From: a virus
UHGV virus genome: UHGV-0036582
DNA length: 64,000 nucleotides
Strand: one strand, 5' to 3'
Below, piece by piece: positions 37,826 to 47,986 of this stretch. Within the stretch, counting starts at the first letter, position 1; each line of letters starts with the position of its first letter. Both the position numbers and the translations under genes were made by a program. Under the pieces are notes generated by a model, which did not search any database, was not told where the DNA came from, and saw only the letters and a list, made by a program, of their open reading frames with translations.

Positions 37826-38037
37826 TGGCATTAACACTGGCAGGTCTGGAAATCGAGAAAACAAGCGGCTACTGGCGTGCTAAGGGTTTCAAGCAGCCTG
37901 GCATTCTTGAGCGTCTGGAACGTGAAGATGGGTATATCGTCCACCAGCGGCGTGAATGGCGTATGTACGATCCAGAAACAGGAAAACTGACTACAAAAGC
38001 CGGAACACTTTGGGGTCTGTTGAAGAAAATACACTAA
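37825..38037 (+). CDS. Hypothetical small protein
   Basis: 70-aa ORF overlapping the previous stop. Confidence 0.4.
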   Translation: MALTLAGLEIEKTSGYWRAKGFKQPGILERLEREDGYIVHQRREWRMYDPETGKLTTKAGTLWGLLKKIH

Positions 38038-38083
38038 ATGCAAACTGACTGCGGCTCGTTCCGCAGTCATATTTCATAGTCGT

Positions 38084-38618
38084 CACCGCTGACAGCATAC
38101 ACAATCAACTACCGCTGATAGCATATCGAGAGTCTATCTCACCGCTCACAGCATACTTTACTCGATTTTTTACCGCTGACAGCATACTTAAGAAATTGCA
38201 TGAATAATGTGTCCCGGTATGGGTATAACCAGAACAAAATTACCGCTGGCAGCATACGAATGTCTGACATATACCATTAATTACCGCTGATAGCATATCC
38301 AAACAAAAATTCCTCAATAAAACACCGCTGACAGCATACGTTCTATCAGGGAGTAGCAGGCAATAAATGCCTTTCACTACAAGCAATCAGCGCAATAGCA
38401 ATAGAATGTTAGTGAGCGCAAACCTATATGGAATGCACTCTTCGAGGTTAGTAACCACTGGGGAGGTATGACAGAGCATTGAGTGGTGATAGATGATTTA
38501 CCGCTCACAGCATACGTTCATCTCACTATACCGCTGGTAGCATATCTTTAACCGTTCACAGCATACTTTTCAGAAAAATAGCCGCTGATAGCATACATTT
38601 CACCGCTGACAGCATATC
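38084..38618 (+). repeat. Iteron array: about 12 direct copies of a 16-bp repeat (consensus ACCGCTGACAGCATAC) downstream of rep
   Basis: Copies at about 38085, 38111, 38141, 38172, 38242, 38283, 38324, 38490, 38530, 38551, 38581 and 38602, all in one orientation with irregular spacing, plus an approximately 150-bp repeat-free spacer at 38340-38489. Confidence 0.85.
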
Positions 38619-39711
38619 AAAGCAGTTTGAGACTATTGGAAAGGATCTCAATCATCTTGATATTTTCAGGCGTCAAATTCTGCGAAAGTTCGGTTATCTT
38701 GTTGATAATGTTCTGTTTGGCATCAATTTCCCCAGCTTTCTCATCTGGTTTTTTGGGTTCGATGTCTTCAGGTTTTGGCGGTGCGACTTTGAGTTTTGGA
38801 TTGCGGCTGTGAATCTGGATATAGATCGACCGCCCACGCTTAATCTCGCTGTATTCGAGATAGCCCAAATCTTGGAGAGCTTTTAAGCCGTTACGTATAG
38901 TCTGATTCTGCGAGCTGACATTCCTGCTACTCAAATTGAGTCGCGCACGCAATCGAGCAAGCGATACCGGCGCAGGCTTGGTTGGAAGACTTTCGATGAA
39001 GGTGTACAGAGCCTGTGCTGTTTCTTTGCGTGGTAGCTTATTGATAACCTTTAACTGCAAAAGAACCTTATGGTCAAAGCGATATAGTTCGGCCAGCTTC
39101 GGTTCTGCATAGAACACCACCGTATCTTTCTGCTCGTTGTAGTCCACGCTATTGATGAGGTGCACCATCAGAAGCGAGATCTTGTTAGAGCCGTCGACGT
39201 TCTTTTCTTCATACGTTCTCTGGAAAGACAGAGTTGTACGCATGATCTTCAAAAGACTGTTTGTAAGCCGGTCGCGGAGTGTTTTGCGGATCTGTGACGA
39301 TGGATAGCCACAAAACTTAGCAAATTTCGTGATGCTTAACTCGACACGACCGTTAGGTTCGCCGTATTCTGCCAGCGAACGCACAACGCCCACCCACGTT
39401 TTGAAATCATGATCCATGTCGAGACGAGGACCGGTTATCTTGATATCGGAATAGCCTTCAGAACGGGCTACTTCGAGCTGGACAAGCTCCTTTGAAGCAT
39501 CGATCTCATTTGGCTTGTTACGTTTACTGTATTTTGTTCCCTTAAGCGTGGGGACGAACAACCCCAGTCGCATCAACGCAATTGGTTGGACTGTATTGTT
39601 GCTATTAGGGACAAGTTCCCCTGTGTACAATTCAAGGGAACCTTCTTCAAAGTTGTCGATGTTATCTTCTACTTCTTTGTTATTTTTACCTTTTTTATTT
39701 TTTGTGGACAT
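38617..39711 (-). CDS. repA: Plasmid-type replication initiator (Rep) flanked by iterons
   Basis: Start set at the ATG at 39711 (MSTKNKKGKNNK...) because longer starts would run through the upstream iterons; 364 aa; iteron clusters on both sides. Function inferred from this architecture, not from recognised motifs. Confidence 0.6.
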   Translation of the reverse strand: MSTKNKKGKNNKEVEDNIDNFEEGSLELYTGELVPNSNNTVQPIALMRLGLFVPTLKGTKYSKRNKPNEIDASKELVQLEVARSEGYSDIKITGPRLDMDHDFKTWVGVVRSLAEYGEPNGRVELSITKFAKFCGYPSSQIRKTLRDRLTNSLLKIMRTTLSFQRTYEEKNVDGSNKISLLMVHLINSVDYNEQKDTVVFYAEPKLAELYRFDHKVLLQLKVINKLPRKETAQALYTFIESLPTKPAPVSLARLRARLNLSSRNVSSQNQTIRNGLKALQDLGYLEYSEIKRGRSIYIQIHSRNPKLKVAPPKPEDIEPKKPDEKAGEIDAKQNIINKITELSQNLTPENIKMIEILSNSLKLL

Positions 39712-39731
39712 GTGGACACCTTTGTCATTCA

Positions 39732-39833
39732 ACCGCTGACAGCATACTTGATTTGCCGCTGACAGAATACCAAAAACAGTTGGCAGCATACGGTGAACCG
39801 CTGACAGACTATCAATTACCGCTGACAGCATAC
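39732..39833 (+). repeat. Second iteron cluster (4-5 copies) immediately upstream of rep, probable promoter/operator and origin
   Basis: accgctgacagcatac at 39732 and 39818; variants gccgctgacagaatac at 39755, accgctgacagactat at 39797; a partial copy tggcagcatac at 39781. Confidence 0.8.
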
Positions 39834-40032
39834 ATGAACATGACTTCAGACCAGTCGTGGCGCGGCTTACAGCGATCGGGGATCTTATTTGATCTATATA
39901 AGGATCTATCTATGGATCTCTTTATTAGGATCTATCCTGTGGATATGTGAATAATTAAAACAGGCATTTACTACCTTCGGCGCACCTGGTGGGTTATCGT
40001 TGCCTCGGCTAACAATCACAGAAAAATGACAT

Positions 40033-40677
40033 ATGGATCTAAAACGCACGCGCTGGGTTCGTCGTCTTGAAGACGGCTCCTACACTATCGAATCAAATTC
40101 CAACCTGAATAAGCAGAAGTTGCTTTGTGACATCTGCGGTATAGCGGCGAAGTGCCCGATCTACGAAACCAGAATTAAACTTGATAAGGCTGGTGTGAAT
40201 TTTCATTTAAACAGTTGCATCAGGTACGTTCCATTACTCGCATTTCGTAAACCGATCATCGGATTGGATGCTCCCTACTTCAACACACTCCGTTCAGGTG
40301 TGACGTGGCGAGATCGTTTATCACCAGACAAGCTGATTTGCCTCGTATCCGCAGACACAGGGAAAATCATCCGTTTTGGGAAAGTAGACAAGGTTTACTC
40401 AGGCCCAGTAGACGAAATGTTGCGGAAACACAGCCGGTTTAATCATCTCTGTATGGGTGGTGAGAAAATCGAGAAGGTAGAAGAAGTGATCCGCAAATCC
40501 TACGGACACTTTCTGACCAAAGATAGCCTGCTCACCGCAATCTACATCAGACATGTAAAACGTGAGTTCGACCTCGAATACCACAGCGAAGAAGAGCTTA
40601 ACCTTGTTGACCCACGTCCAAAAGCTGGCGTCATAAGCATAAACGCAGCGCGTAAAAAGCCCACTGACGCGCTGTAA
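40033..40677 (+). CDS. Hypothetical protein
   Basis: 214-aa ORF between rep and sbcD. Confidence 0.45.
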   Translation: MDLKRTRWVRRLEDGSYTIESNSNLNKQKLLCDICGIAAKCPIYETRIKLDKAGVNFHLNSCIRYVPLLAFRKPIIGLDAPYFNTLRSGVTWRDRLSPDKLICLVSADTGKIIRFGKVDKVYSGPVDEMLRKHSRFNHLCMGGEKIEKVEEVIRKSYGHFLTKDSLLTAIYIRHVKREFDLEYHSEEELNLVDPRPKAGVISINAARKKPTDAL

Positions 40678-40931
40678 CCCTCCAGATCGTATATTGGCGT
40701 AGATAGAATCTACGCCTCCTCAAAATAGCTCTCATAGCGTTCTACAGTGATCCTGTCTTATTTTTAGTCATACAGACAAGCAAAGTTGCGCCACAATAAA
40801 TAGGTATATACTTACTTATAAATTTTGTATATTAAGATGCTCGTTTCATTCCTAACATACCGTTATGCATAGTTGTTTACCTTCTCATTGCTCTTAAAAT
40901 TTGTATCAAAATAACCACAAAGGAAAAACAC

Positions 40932-42017
40932 ATGACTTTGCCATACGGCGTCATTTCTGACTGCCACTACCACAAATGGGATGCGTTCTCCACGACGAAC
41001 GCAGAGGGGCTTAACTCCAGACTTGAAATACAGTTGGAAGCAACGAAAGAAGCAGCCATCGCCATGAAGAAGGCCGGTTGTAAGTACATGTTGGTTGCCG
41101 GTGATACATTTCACGTCCGAGGAACTGTGTCCCCTTCTGTTTTGCATTACGTAACTGAAACGTACAAGTGGATTATCAACGAGCTTGATCTGACAGTAGT
41201 AATGCTGGCCGGTAATCACGATCTTGAAACCAACGATTCAGTATATAGCGCCAACGCAGCAGCATCGCTGAGTTCTATCGGCGTGGTAATCGTATGTGGC
41301 AAACGCCCACACTCAATAAAAATTGGTGATGTGACTGTCCACCTGATTAGCTGGCGTAACAATCATGCGGAGCTTATCAGCGATCTGAAAGCATTACGTA
41401 AGAGCGTAGAAGGTGATAATCATGACGTTGTTATCCATACATCCATTAACAAAGCCATTCCAACAATGCCTGACGTCGGTATCGATGCGCAGGAGTTAAA
41501 GGATATCGGCTTTCGTCTCGTGCTTAGTGGGCATTACCACAACCACAAAGAGGTCATTCCTGGAGTTATCAGTGTCGGTGCGCTGACCCATCAAAATTGG
41601 GGAGATGTTGGATCTCTGGCTGGTTACATGATCGTAAACCCGGACGGCAGTTTCAGTCACTACGAAACCAGTGCGCCTAAATTCATTAACCTGGAAGATT
41701 ATGTTGCCGATGACCAAATTCGCGGCAACTACGTGCGTTTCCGCGCCGTAATTGAGAACGATGAAGAAGGCATTAAGTACCAGAACATCCTCAAAACAAT
41801 GGGTGCAAAAGGTGTCGTGTGCAACTTCATCCGTAAGTCATCAATGATGGAAGGGACAGCAAGCGCAACGGAAACCAGCAAAATCGATAGCCTGGGAGAG
41901 TCGGTATCTGCTTATTGCAAGATTGTCCACGATACTGACGGCGGATTTGATCTGAGCAAGTTGGATATTTTGTGTCAGGAAATCCTCACCGAAGCGGAGA
42001 GTTCGGAGGCTGTGTGA
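40932..42017 (+). CDS. sbcD: SbcD/Mre11-like nuclease (calcineurin-like metallophosphatase)
   Basis: Metallophosphatase motifs GDTFHVRG, LAGNHD and GHYH; directly precedes the SbcC-like ATPase gene. Confidence 0.75.
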   Translation: MTLPYGVISDCHYHKWDAFSTTNAEGLNSRLEIQLEATKEAAIAMKKAGCKYMLVAGDTFHVRGTVSPSVLHYVTETYKWIINELDLTVVMLAGNHDLETNDSVYSANAAASLSSIGVVIVCGKRPHSIKIGDVTVHLISWRNNHAELISDLKALRKSVEGDNHDVVIHTSINKAIPTMPDVGIDAQELKDIGFRLVLSGHYHNHKEVIPGVISVGALTHQNWGDVGSLAGYMIVNPDGSFSHYETSAPKFINLEDYVADDQIRGNYVRFRAVIENDEEGIKYQNILKTMGAKGVVCNFIRKSSMMEGTASATETSKIDSLGESVSAYCKIVHDTDGGFDLSKLDILCQEILTEAESSEAV

Positions 42018-42246
42018 GGCAAAGTCGTTATGGGAGCTTTCGAGACTTTGCCATCACGATGAAAAGACTTGAACGAGGCCAGACGGTGATGTTTCACAAG
42101 CCCTACCCGCCACAAGGAAATCCCGTAGCGTTTTATCTTGGAAGGTTAACCAGAAAAGGCGTATTGAGGCGCAGATCCTTCCCGGCGCATACGGAGTTCA
42201 GATTGAAAGAAGGTCAAAAGCTAACACACGGTATCAAAGGTGTTAT

Positions 42247-44163
42247 ATGAAGTTTTTAAAGCTCCAGGTTGAGAATTTTATGGCTATCGCCAGCGCGGAG
42301 GTCGAGTTAGATCAGCGTGGTTTAGTGCTCATTCAGGGTGTTAATAGTGATGATAGTTCCGCATCAAGTAATGGCTCTGGAAAGTCAACGCTAATGAATA
42401 GCCTGATGTGGTGTCTTTATGGCGAAACAGCTCATGGTGTGAAGGGTGACGATGTGTTGTCTACCGACCATGAAAAGAACTGTCGTGTTGCAGTAACCAT
42501 CGAGGATGAAGGCAAGAGATATGCGATCATTCGTCACCGTAAACACAAAGAGTTCAAAAATCGGCTTATCGTTCGTGGTGAAGACGGCGATATGACGAAA
42601 GGCAAAGATGCGCTGACGCAAGAGTTCGTCGAGCGTCTGATCGGTGCATCTAAAGAGGTTTTCATGGCTTCCATCTATGCGAGCCAAGAAGCTATGCCAG
42701 ATTTACCTGGAATGTCCGACAAAAACCTCAAAACCATCGTAGAAGAAGCCGCTGGCGTTGACAGACTGACACGCGCCTACGCTATTGCTCGTGAGCGAGC
42801 TAATGCAGCTGCCGCACGTATGGATGTGGTTAAAACCAAATTGGAGTCGACAATCTCGACCATTGAGGCAACACAGTCAGAAATTGAGTCAGCGAAAGCC
42901 TCCTCTGAATCATGGGAGCAAGAGCGTTCTAAACGTTATGACGATGCCCTGGCTGGGCTGGCCAGTGCCGAAGTTGAGTTAACGGAAGTTGAACTTGAGA
43001 TCCGCACTCTTCCCGAACAGATCCGTGATACCGAGAAGGCAATCGAAAGTGAGCGCAAAAAGTTAGCCTCAAAAGAAGAACATGACGCCAAGTTGCTCAA
43101 AGTTCGTGGTGCGATAACTGATATTCGGGCAAGCATCAAAGCTACAGAAAATAGTCAGGCTGATGCAATGAACCGCGCGCGTAATTTTAAGACCAAAGCA
43201 GAAGAGGTTGGTACTAAAGTGGGATCACCATGCCCTACTTGTGGCAAAGCCTACTGCGAAGAAGATCTATCAACGGTGAAGGAGAATTTCATTGAACAAG
43301 CACGTCAGGAAATTGGTCAGGCGAAGACACTTGCAGAGGCAATGGCTAAACACAAAACGAATCTTGAGAAAGCGTTAAGCATTGAGTCTGCCCTTGTTAA
43401 AACGACACCTGATGTAACGGCTATCATTGCCCGGATTGAAGAGCTTACGAAACAACTCTCATCTTTGCGTCATCGTGAGAAGGAGGTTGTTGCTATTGAG
43501 TCTCTTGTGACTCGTGCTCGTACTGAGGTCGATCGTATATCAAAAGAGATTAATCCGTTTATTGCTCTTATCGCCAGACACGAAGATAACCTGGTATCCA
43601 GTAAGTCTACCTTCAAGTCCTTAAAAGATGAGTTGAAGGCTATTCAGGAACAAACGTTGCTATTGGAAAAAGCTCGTCAGGTCTACTCTCCTGCCGGGGT
43701 GCGTTCTCATATTTTGACGTCTGTTACGCCTTTCCTGAATACACGCACTGCCGAGTATCTCAATACGTTGTCTGACGGGAATATTACTGCTGAGTGGTCG
43801 ACGATGGATGTCACTAAAAAAGGTGAGTATCGCGACAAATTCAACATTAGTGTGCAGAAGAAAGGTTCAAGTAAGTCGTTCCAGACCCTCTCTGGTGGTG
43901 AGAAGCGGAAGGTTCGCATTGCGTGTTCTTTGGCATTGCAGGATCTGGTTAGTAACCGGGCGAGTAAAAACATCGATTTGTTTATCGGCGACGAAATTGA
44001 CGATGCACTCGATACAGCCGGTCTTGAACGCCTCATGGGTATTTTGGAGTCCAAAGCTCGCGAGCGAGGTACTGTGCTGATTATCTCCCATAAAGAGATG
44101 AAGTCATGGTTCCGGGAAACTATTACGCTGGAAGTTAAAGAGGGGCGCAGCTATGTCGTTTAA
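42247..44163 (+). CDS. sbcC: SbcC/Rad50-like SMC ATPase
   Basis: N-terminal Walker A GSGKST (NGSGKSTLMNSL); long coiled-coil middle; C-terminal signature LSGGEKRKVRIACSLAL and Walker B-like DLFIGDEIDDALD. Confidence 0.8.
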   Translation: MKFLKLQVENFMAIASAEVELDQRGLVLIQGVNSDDSSASSNGSGKSTLMNSLMWCLYGETAHGVKGDDVLSTDHEKNCRVAVTIEDEGKRYAIIRHRKHKEFKNRLIVRGEDGDMTKGKDALTQEFVERLIGASKEVFMASIYASQEAMPDLPGMSDKNLKTIVEEAAGVDRLTRAYAIARERANAAAARMDVVKTKLESTISTIEATQSEIESAKASSESWEQERSKRYDDALAGLASAEVELTEVELEIRTLPEQIRDTEKAIESERKKLASKEEHDAKLLKVRGAITDIRASIKATENSQADAMNRARNFKTKAEEVGTKVGSPCPTCGKAYCEEDLSTVKENFIEQARQEIGQAKTLAEAMAKHKTNLEKALSIESALVKTTPDVTAIIARIEELTKQLSSLRHREKEVVAIESLVTRARTEVDRISKEINPFIALIARHEDNLVSSKSTFKSLKDELKAIQEQTLLLEKARQVYSPAGVRSHILTSVTPFLNTRTAEYLNTLSDGNITAEWSTMDVTKKGEYRDKFNISVQKKGSSKSFQTLSGGEKRKVRIACSLALQDLVSNRASKNIDLFIGDEIDDALDTAGLERLMGILESKARERGTVLIISHKEMKSWFRETITLEVKEGRSYVV

Positions 44164-44911
44164 ATTAAGCCGCTCGCAGTTTTTGCAGGTATTTGCAGTG
44201 ATGCAGTCGATAAAACTGATCAATGGGCATACTTCCAATGGTGCGGCTCCACGTATTCTGTGGGGCAGCAACAATATTGACGGAGTACAATTCGCCGCGT
44301 TGCTTGGTCTAATATCCGAGACGCCATTGATGCAAAGTTTGAAATCACTACCACCTGGATGTATTGCGCCGATCCTGATTAATCCTTTTGTTGAGGGGGG
44401 ATATCTTCCCAACGTCGGGCCTGGGTTTATTGCATCCCATGAAACTGAAGATCTTAACATTAATAGCGAAGGGTTCTTTGGGGGAATGGGTGCGCATCAC
44501 TGTATGGCTTTCACGAACCTTATTCGACTTGCCAATAAGCGGGTGGATAGTTTGGCATCGCCAGGTGATGCTTTTACTGGTTTCCTTATCCAAAGGAGGG
44601 ATAAAAAGTACAGTGCGGACAAACTACAGTTTGTTGGTAAGTATGGAGAAATGGTAGAAATCGAACTTCAGCTCCCTCATGTTTTAGCAAACGATAGTGC
44701 AGACAGTCGGAGGCTGTTGGGCATCATGCGTCATTTCATAGCAAGTGGTGTTAAACATGCCGCAGATAAACATGCCGTAGATAAACGTGTCACGCAGGAA
44801 AATGAGTATTCAGACTTTGCAAACTCTCCCCAACCAACGTTGCAAACGGCAATAGTAACCAATTCGTTGGAGGCGAGATTATTGGAAAACCCTATATGGG
44901 GAACATGGTAA
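44153..44911 (+). CDS. Hypothetical protein
   Basis: 252-aa ORF overlapping the sbcC stop. Confidence 0.45.
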   Translation: MSFKLSRSQFLQVFAVMQSIKLINGHTSNGAAPRILWGSNNIDGVQFAALLGLISETPLMQSLKSLPPGCIAPILINPFVEGGYLPNVGPGFIASHETEDLNINSEGFFGGMGAHHCMAFTNLIRLANKRVDSLASPGDAFTGFLIQRRDKKYSADKLQFVGKYGEMVEIELQLPHVLANDSADSRRLLGIMRHFIASGVKHAADKHAVDKRVTQENEYSDFANSPQPTLQTAIVTNSLEARLLENPIWGTW

Positions 44912-44920
44912 GGAGACTAT

Positions 44921-45490
44921 ATGAGTAAAAAAATCAGCGTAGTTGGTGTTGATCCCTCAATGAGCAACTTTGGGCTTGCTGTGGGCACTTTAGACCTTGA
45001 GACGGACGAACTTGAGATTCACGGCCTTACTCTTGTTGAGACTAAAGCGGGGAGTAACAAAAAGACCGTTCGTGTGAACAGTGACGATCTGCGCCGAGCC
45101 AGTGAAATATGGCGTGTTGCGAAGCCAATCATTGATAAGGCAAATATGGTTTTTTGTGAGCTACCGGTTGGGAGCCAAAACTCTCGTTCGCAGACGTCTT
45201 ACGGTATTTGTATCGGTGTACTTGCGTGTGTGGATAAGCCATTGATCCAGGTTACTCCAAACGAAATCAAGCATTTTGTCGGCAATAAACTTACTACATC
45301 GAAAGAAGAGATTATCCAGTGGGCTACGAAAAAACACCCTAAAGCACCGTGGCTGCGTCGTAAGCAATCTGGACAGGATGTTCTCGTGAACAAAAACGAA
45401 CATTTGGCTGATGCGGTGGCTGCCATCCATACCGGTATGCAAACAGATCAGTTCCGCCAGGTGCGCGATGTTCTTAAGTCTCTCATTTGA
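44921..45490 (+). CDS. RuvC-like Holliday-junction resolvase
   Basis: N-terminal VVGVDPSMSNFGLAV and C-terminal HLADAVAAIHTG match the RuvC-fold pattern. Confidence 0.55.
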   Translation: MSKKISVVGVDPSMSNFGLAVGTLDLETDELEIHGLTLVETKAGSNKKTVRVNSDDLRRASEIWRVAKPIIDKANMVFCELPVGSQNSRSQTSYGICIGVLACVDKPLIQVTPNEIKHFVGNKLTTSKEEIIQWATKKHPKAPWLRRKQSGQDVLVNKNEHLADAVAAIHTGMQTDQFRQVRDVLKSLI

Positions 45491-45524
45491 TTTCATTGAT
45501 AGGTAAGTGCTTATCTATTAACAT

Positions 45525-45556
45525 GGGCCACTATATTTAGTGGCCCTCTTTATTTG
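45525..45556 (+). terminator. Rho-independent terminator
   Basis: gggccact-atattt-agtggccc then tctttattt. Confidence 0.7.
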
Positions 45557-45563
45557 GTGATAC

Positions 45564-47879
45564 ATGATAAGCATCGTAAAACGTAACGGCCAAACAGAGC
45601 CGTTATCCGAAGAAAAATACAACCGCGTCGTAATGTATGGCGTAGAAGGCATTCGTGGTGTAAGCGCATCCGCTGTAGCAATGGGAGCTGCGGCCAGCAT
45701 TTTTGATGGGATGACCACCAGCCAGTTGCATGAGGCTTTGGTTAAATCTGCCGCTGATTTGATCTCACCAGAAGCACCAAATTACTCACAGGTGGCTGCC
45801 CGCCTGAACATTTTTAAAATCCGCAAAGATGCCTTCGGTCGTTACGACTATCCGAACTTCTACCAACACATTGTCAAGAACGTTAACAAGGGCGTTTATG
45901 ACAAGGATTTGCTGACACATTATTCGTTTGAAGAGATCGAAGAACTCGGCAATTACATTAAGCCGAAACGTGACGATCTTTTTGGCTATGCAGCTACGGT
46001 GCAGTTGCAAAGCAAATACCTCGTTCAAAACCGTGTTACTGGTGAGATTCATGAGGGGCCGCAACATATCTATATGCTGGTAGGCATGTGTCTGTTCCAG
46101 AATTGGGAAGACGACTGCGCTGGCAAAACACGTATGGAGATGGTCAAAGGTTTCTATGACGTTACAAGTACGTTCAAACTGTCTCTGCCCACACCAATCA
46201 TGGCCGGCGTCCGTACTCCAACCCGTCAGTTCTCCAGTTGTGTGCTGATTGAGTCTGGCGATAGTCTGAAAGGGATTAGTGCAGCTTCAGCCGCAATTAT
46301 CGACTACGTTTCACGTCGTGCTGGAATTGGTATTGGTTTTGGCCGTATCCGTGCGCTGGGCAGCGAGATCCGCAATGGTGAAGCCACCCATACTGGAGTT
46401 ATTCCATTCCTGAAGCATTTCCAGACGGCTGTTAAATCTTGTTCGCAAGGTGGTGTTCGTGGTGGCGCAGCAACAGCGTTTTACCCGATCTGGCATCTTG
46501 AAGTTGAAAGTCTGCTGGTGGTGAAAAATAACCGTGGTATTGATGAAAACCGCGTTCGCCATCTTGATTACGGCGTCATGAGTAACCGTCTAATGTACCG
46601 TCGACTCGTCAGAAGCGAGAACATCACTCTGTTCAGCCCGCATGATGTGCCTGATATGTACGAAGCCTTCTTCACAGACCAGGAGCTGTTTGAAAAGCTG
46701 TACCATAAATACGAAGCCGATGATTCAATTCGCAAGAAGTCAGTACCTGCCATTGAGCTGTTCTCATCTCTGATGCAGGAACGAGCGTCCACGGGCCGAA
46801 TTTATATTGCGAACGTCGATCATATTAATGAGCATGGCGCTTTCATTCCTGCTCTTGCACCTGTTCGCCAGTCAAACCTGTGTATGGAGATCACCCTACC
46901 CACCCGTCCACTGGCATTTACCGACGACCCGAACGGTGAGATCGCGCTATGCACTTTATCCGCTTTTAACCTCGGAGCCATCCGTTCACTGGAGTCTCTT
47001 AAAGAGGTGGCGTTCTATGCCGTTGCTGCACTGGATTCGTTACTGGATTATCAAGACTATCCGATGGAGGCAGCCGAAGTGCCTGCCAAAGCTCGTCGTA
47101 GCTTGGGAATTGGTGTAACCAACTTTGCTTATTACCTGGCAAAGAATGGCGTTCGTTATTCTGATACCGCTGGCAATAAACTGGTGCATGAAACGTTCGA
47201 AGCTATCCAGTATTACCTTCTTGATGCCAGCTGCCGACTTGCTGAAGCAAAAGGTGAGTGTGACTGGTTTGAGCAGACCAAATACGCAATTGGTCAGTTG
47301 CCGATCGACCATTACCGTTCTTCATTAGACGAAAGTGGCGAAACCAACTTTGAGTTAAAGATGCCGTGGGAAGAACTGCGTGAACGTATTGCAAAATACG
47401 GCCTTCGCAACTCCACACTGACGGCACAAATGCCATGCGAGACTTCCAGCCAGATCACTAATTCCACCAACGGCATCGAACCGCCTCGTGGCCCGGTGTC
47501 AGTGAAATCTTCTAAGGACGGCATCGTCAAGATGGTCGTGCCTGAGTTTGAAAAACTGAAGGAACAGTATGAATACCTGTGGGATATGCCGGACAACCGC
47601 GGCTATCTGACAAAGGTGGCGATCATCCAGAAGTTCTTTGACCAGGCTATTTCAGCCAATACCAACTATGACCCTTCTCGCTTTGAAGGCGATAAAGTCC
47701 CAATGATGACGCTACTGTCAGATTTGCTTCTCGCCTACAAGATGGGAGTTAAAACGCTTTACTACCACAACACCAGAGATGGGGCAGGAAAGCGTGATGA
47801 CGACGAACCGCAGAATCCACTGACGCAAGCTGTAGCCGTCGAGCCAGAAGATGAGTGCGACGGAGCCTGCAAAATCTGA
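45564..47879 (+). CDS. nrdA: Ribonucleoside-diphosphate reductase large subunit (class Ia)
   Basis: 771 aa; N-terminal ATP-cone (IVKRNGQTEPL); catalytic region FSSCVLIESGDSL and NLCMEITLP; C-terminal Cys pair. Confidence 0.9.
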   Translation: MISIVKRNGQTEPLSEEKYNRVVMYGVEGIRGVSASAVAMGAAASIFDGMTTSQLHEALVKSAADLISPEAPNYSQVAARLNIFKIRKDAFGRYDYPNFYQHIVKNVNKGVYDKDLLTHYSFEEIEELGNYIKPKRDDLFGYAATVQLQSKYLVQNRVTGEIHEGPQHIYMLVGMCLFQNWEDDCAGKTRMEMVKGFYDVTSTFKLSLPTPIMAGVRTPTRQFSSCVLIESGDSLKGISAASAAIIDYVSRRAGIGIGFGRIRALGSEIRNGEATHTGVIPFLKHFQTAVKSCSQGGVRGGAATAFYPIWHLEVESLLVVKNNRGIDENRVRHLDYGVMSNRLMYRRLVRSENITLFSPHDVPDMYEAFFTDQELFEKLYHKYEADDSIRKKSVPAIELFSSLMQERASTGRIYIANVDHINEHGAFIPALAPVRQSNLCMEITLPTRPLAFTDDPNGEIALCTLSAFNLGAIRSLESLKEVAFYAVAALDSLLDYQDYPMEAAEVPAKARRSLGIGVTNFAYYLAKNGVRYSDTAGNKLVHETFEAIQYYLLDASCRLAEAKGECDWFEQTKYAIGQLPIDHYRSSLDESGETNFELKMPWEELRERIAKYGLRNSTLTAQMPCETSSQITNSTNGIEPPRGPVSVKSSKDGIVKMVVPEFEKLKEQYEYLWDMPDNRGYLTKVAIIQKFFDQAISANTNYDPSRFEGDKVPMMTLLSDLLLAYKMGVKTLYYHNTRDGAGKRDDDEPQNPLTQAVAVEPEDECDGACKI

Positions 47880-47986
47880 CATATGGTGGGGGATATCCCC
47901 ACCTTCTCTTTGATTTGTAAGCCTTGTTTAAACACATAAGATAACAACTTGTTTAAACGCACCAAAAAAAGAAAAAGGAAAAACAC

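Noticed and set aside
38084-39833. Short direct repeats with intervening unique sequence, superficially CRISPR-like
   Set aside because: Repeats are only about 16 bp, spacing is irregular (roughly 10-55 bp), they flank a rep-like gene on both sides, and no cas genes are nearby; this fits plasmid iterons, not a CRISPR array.
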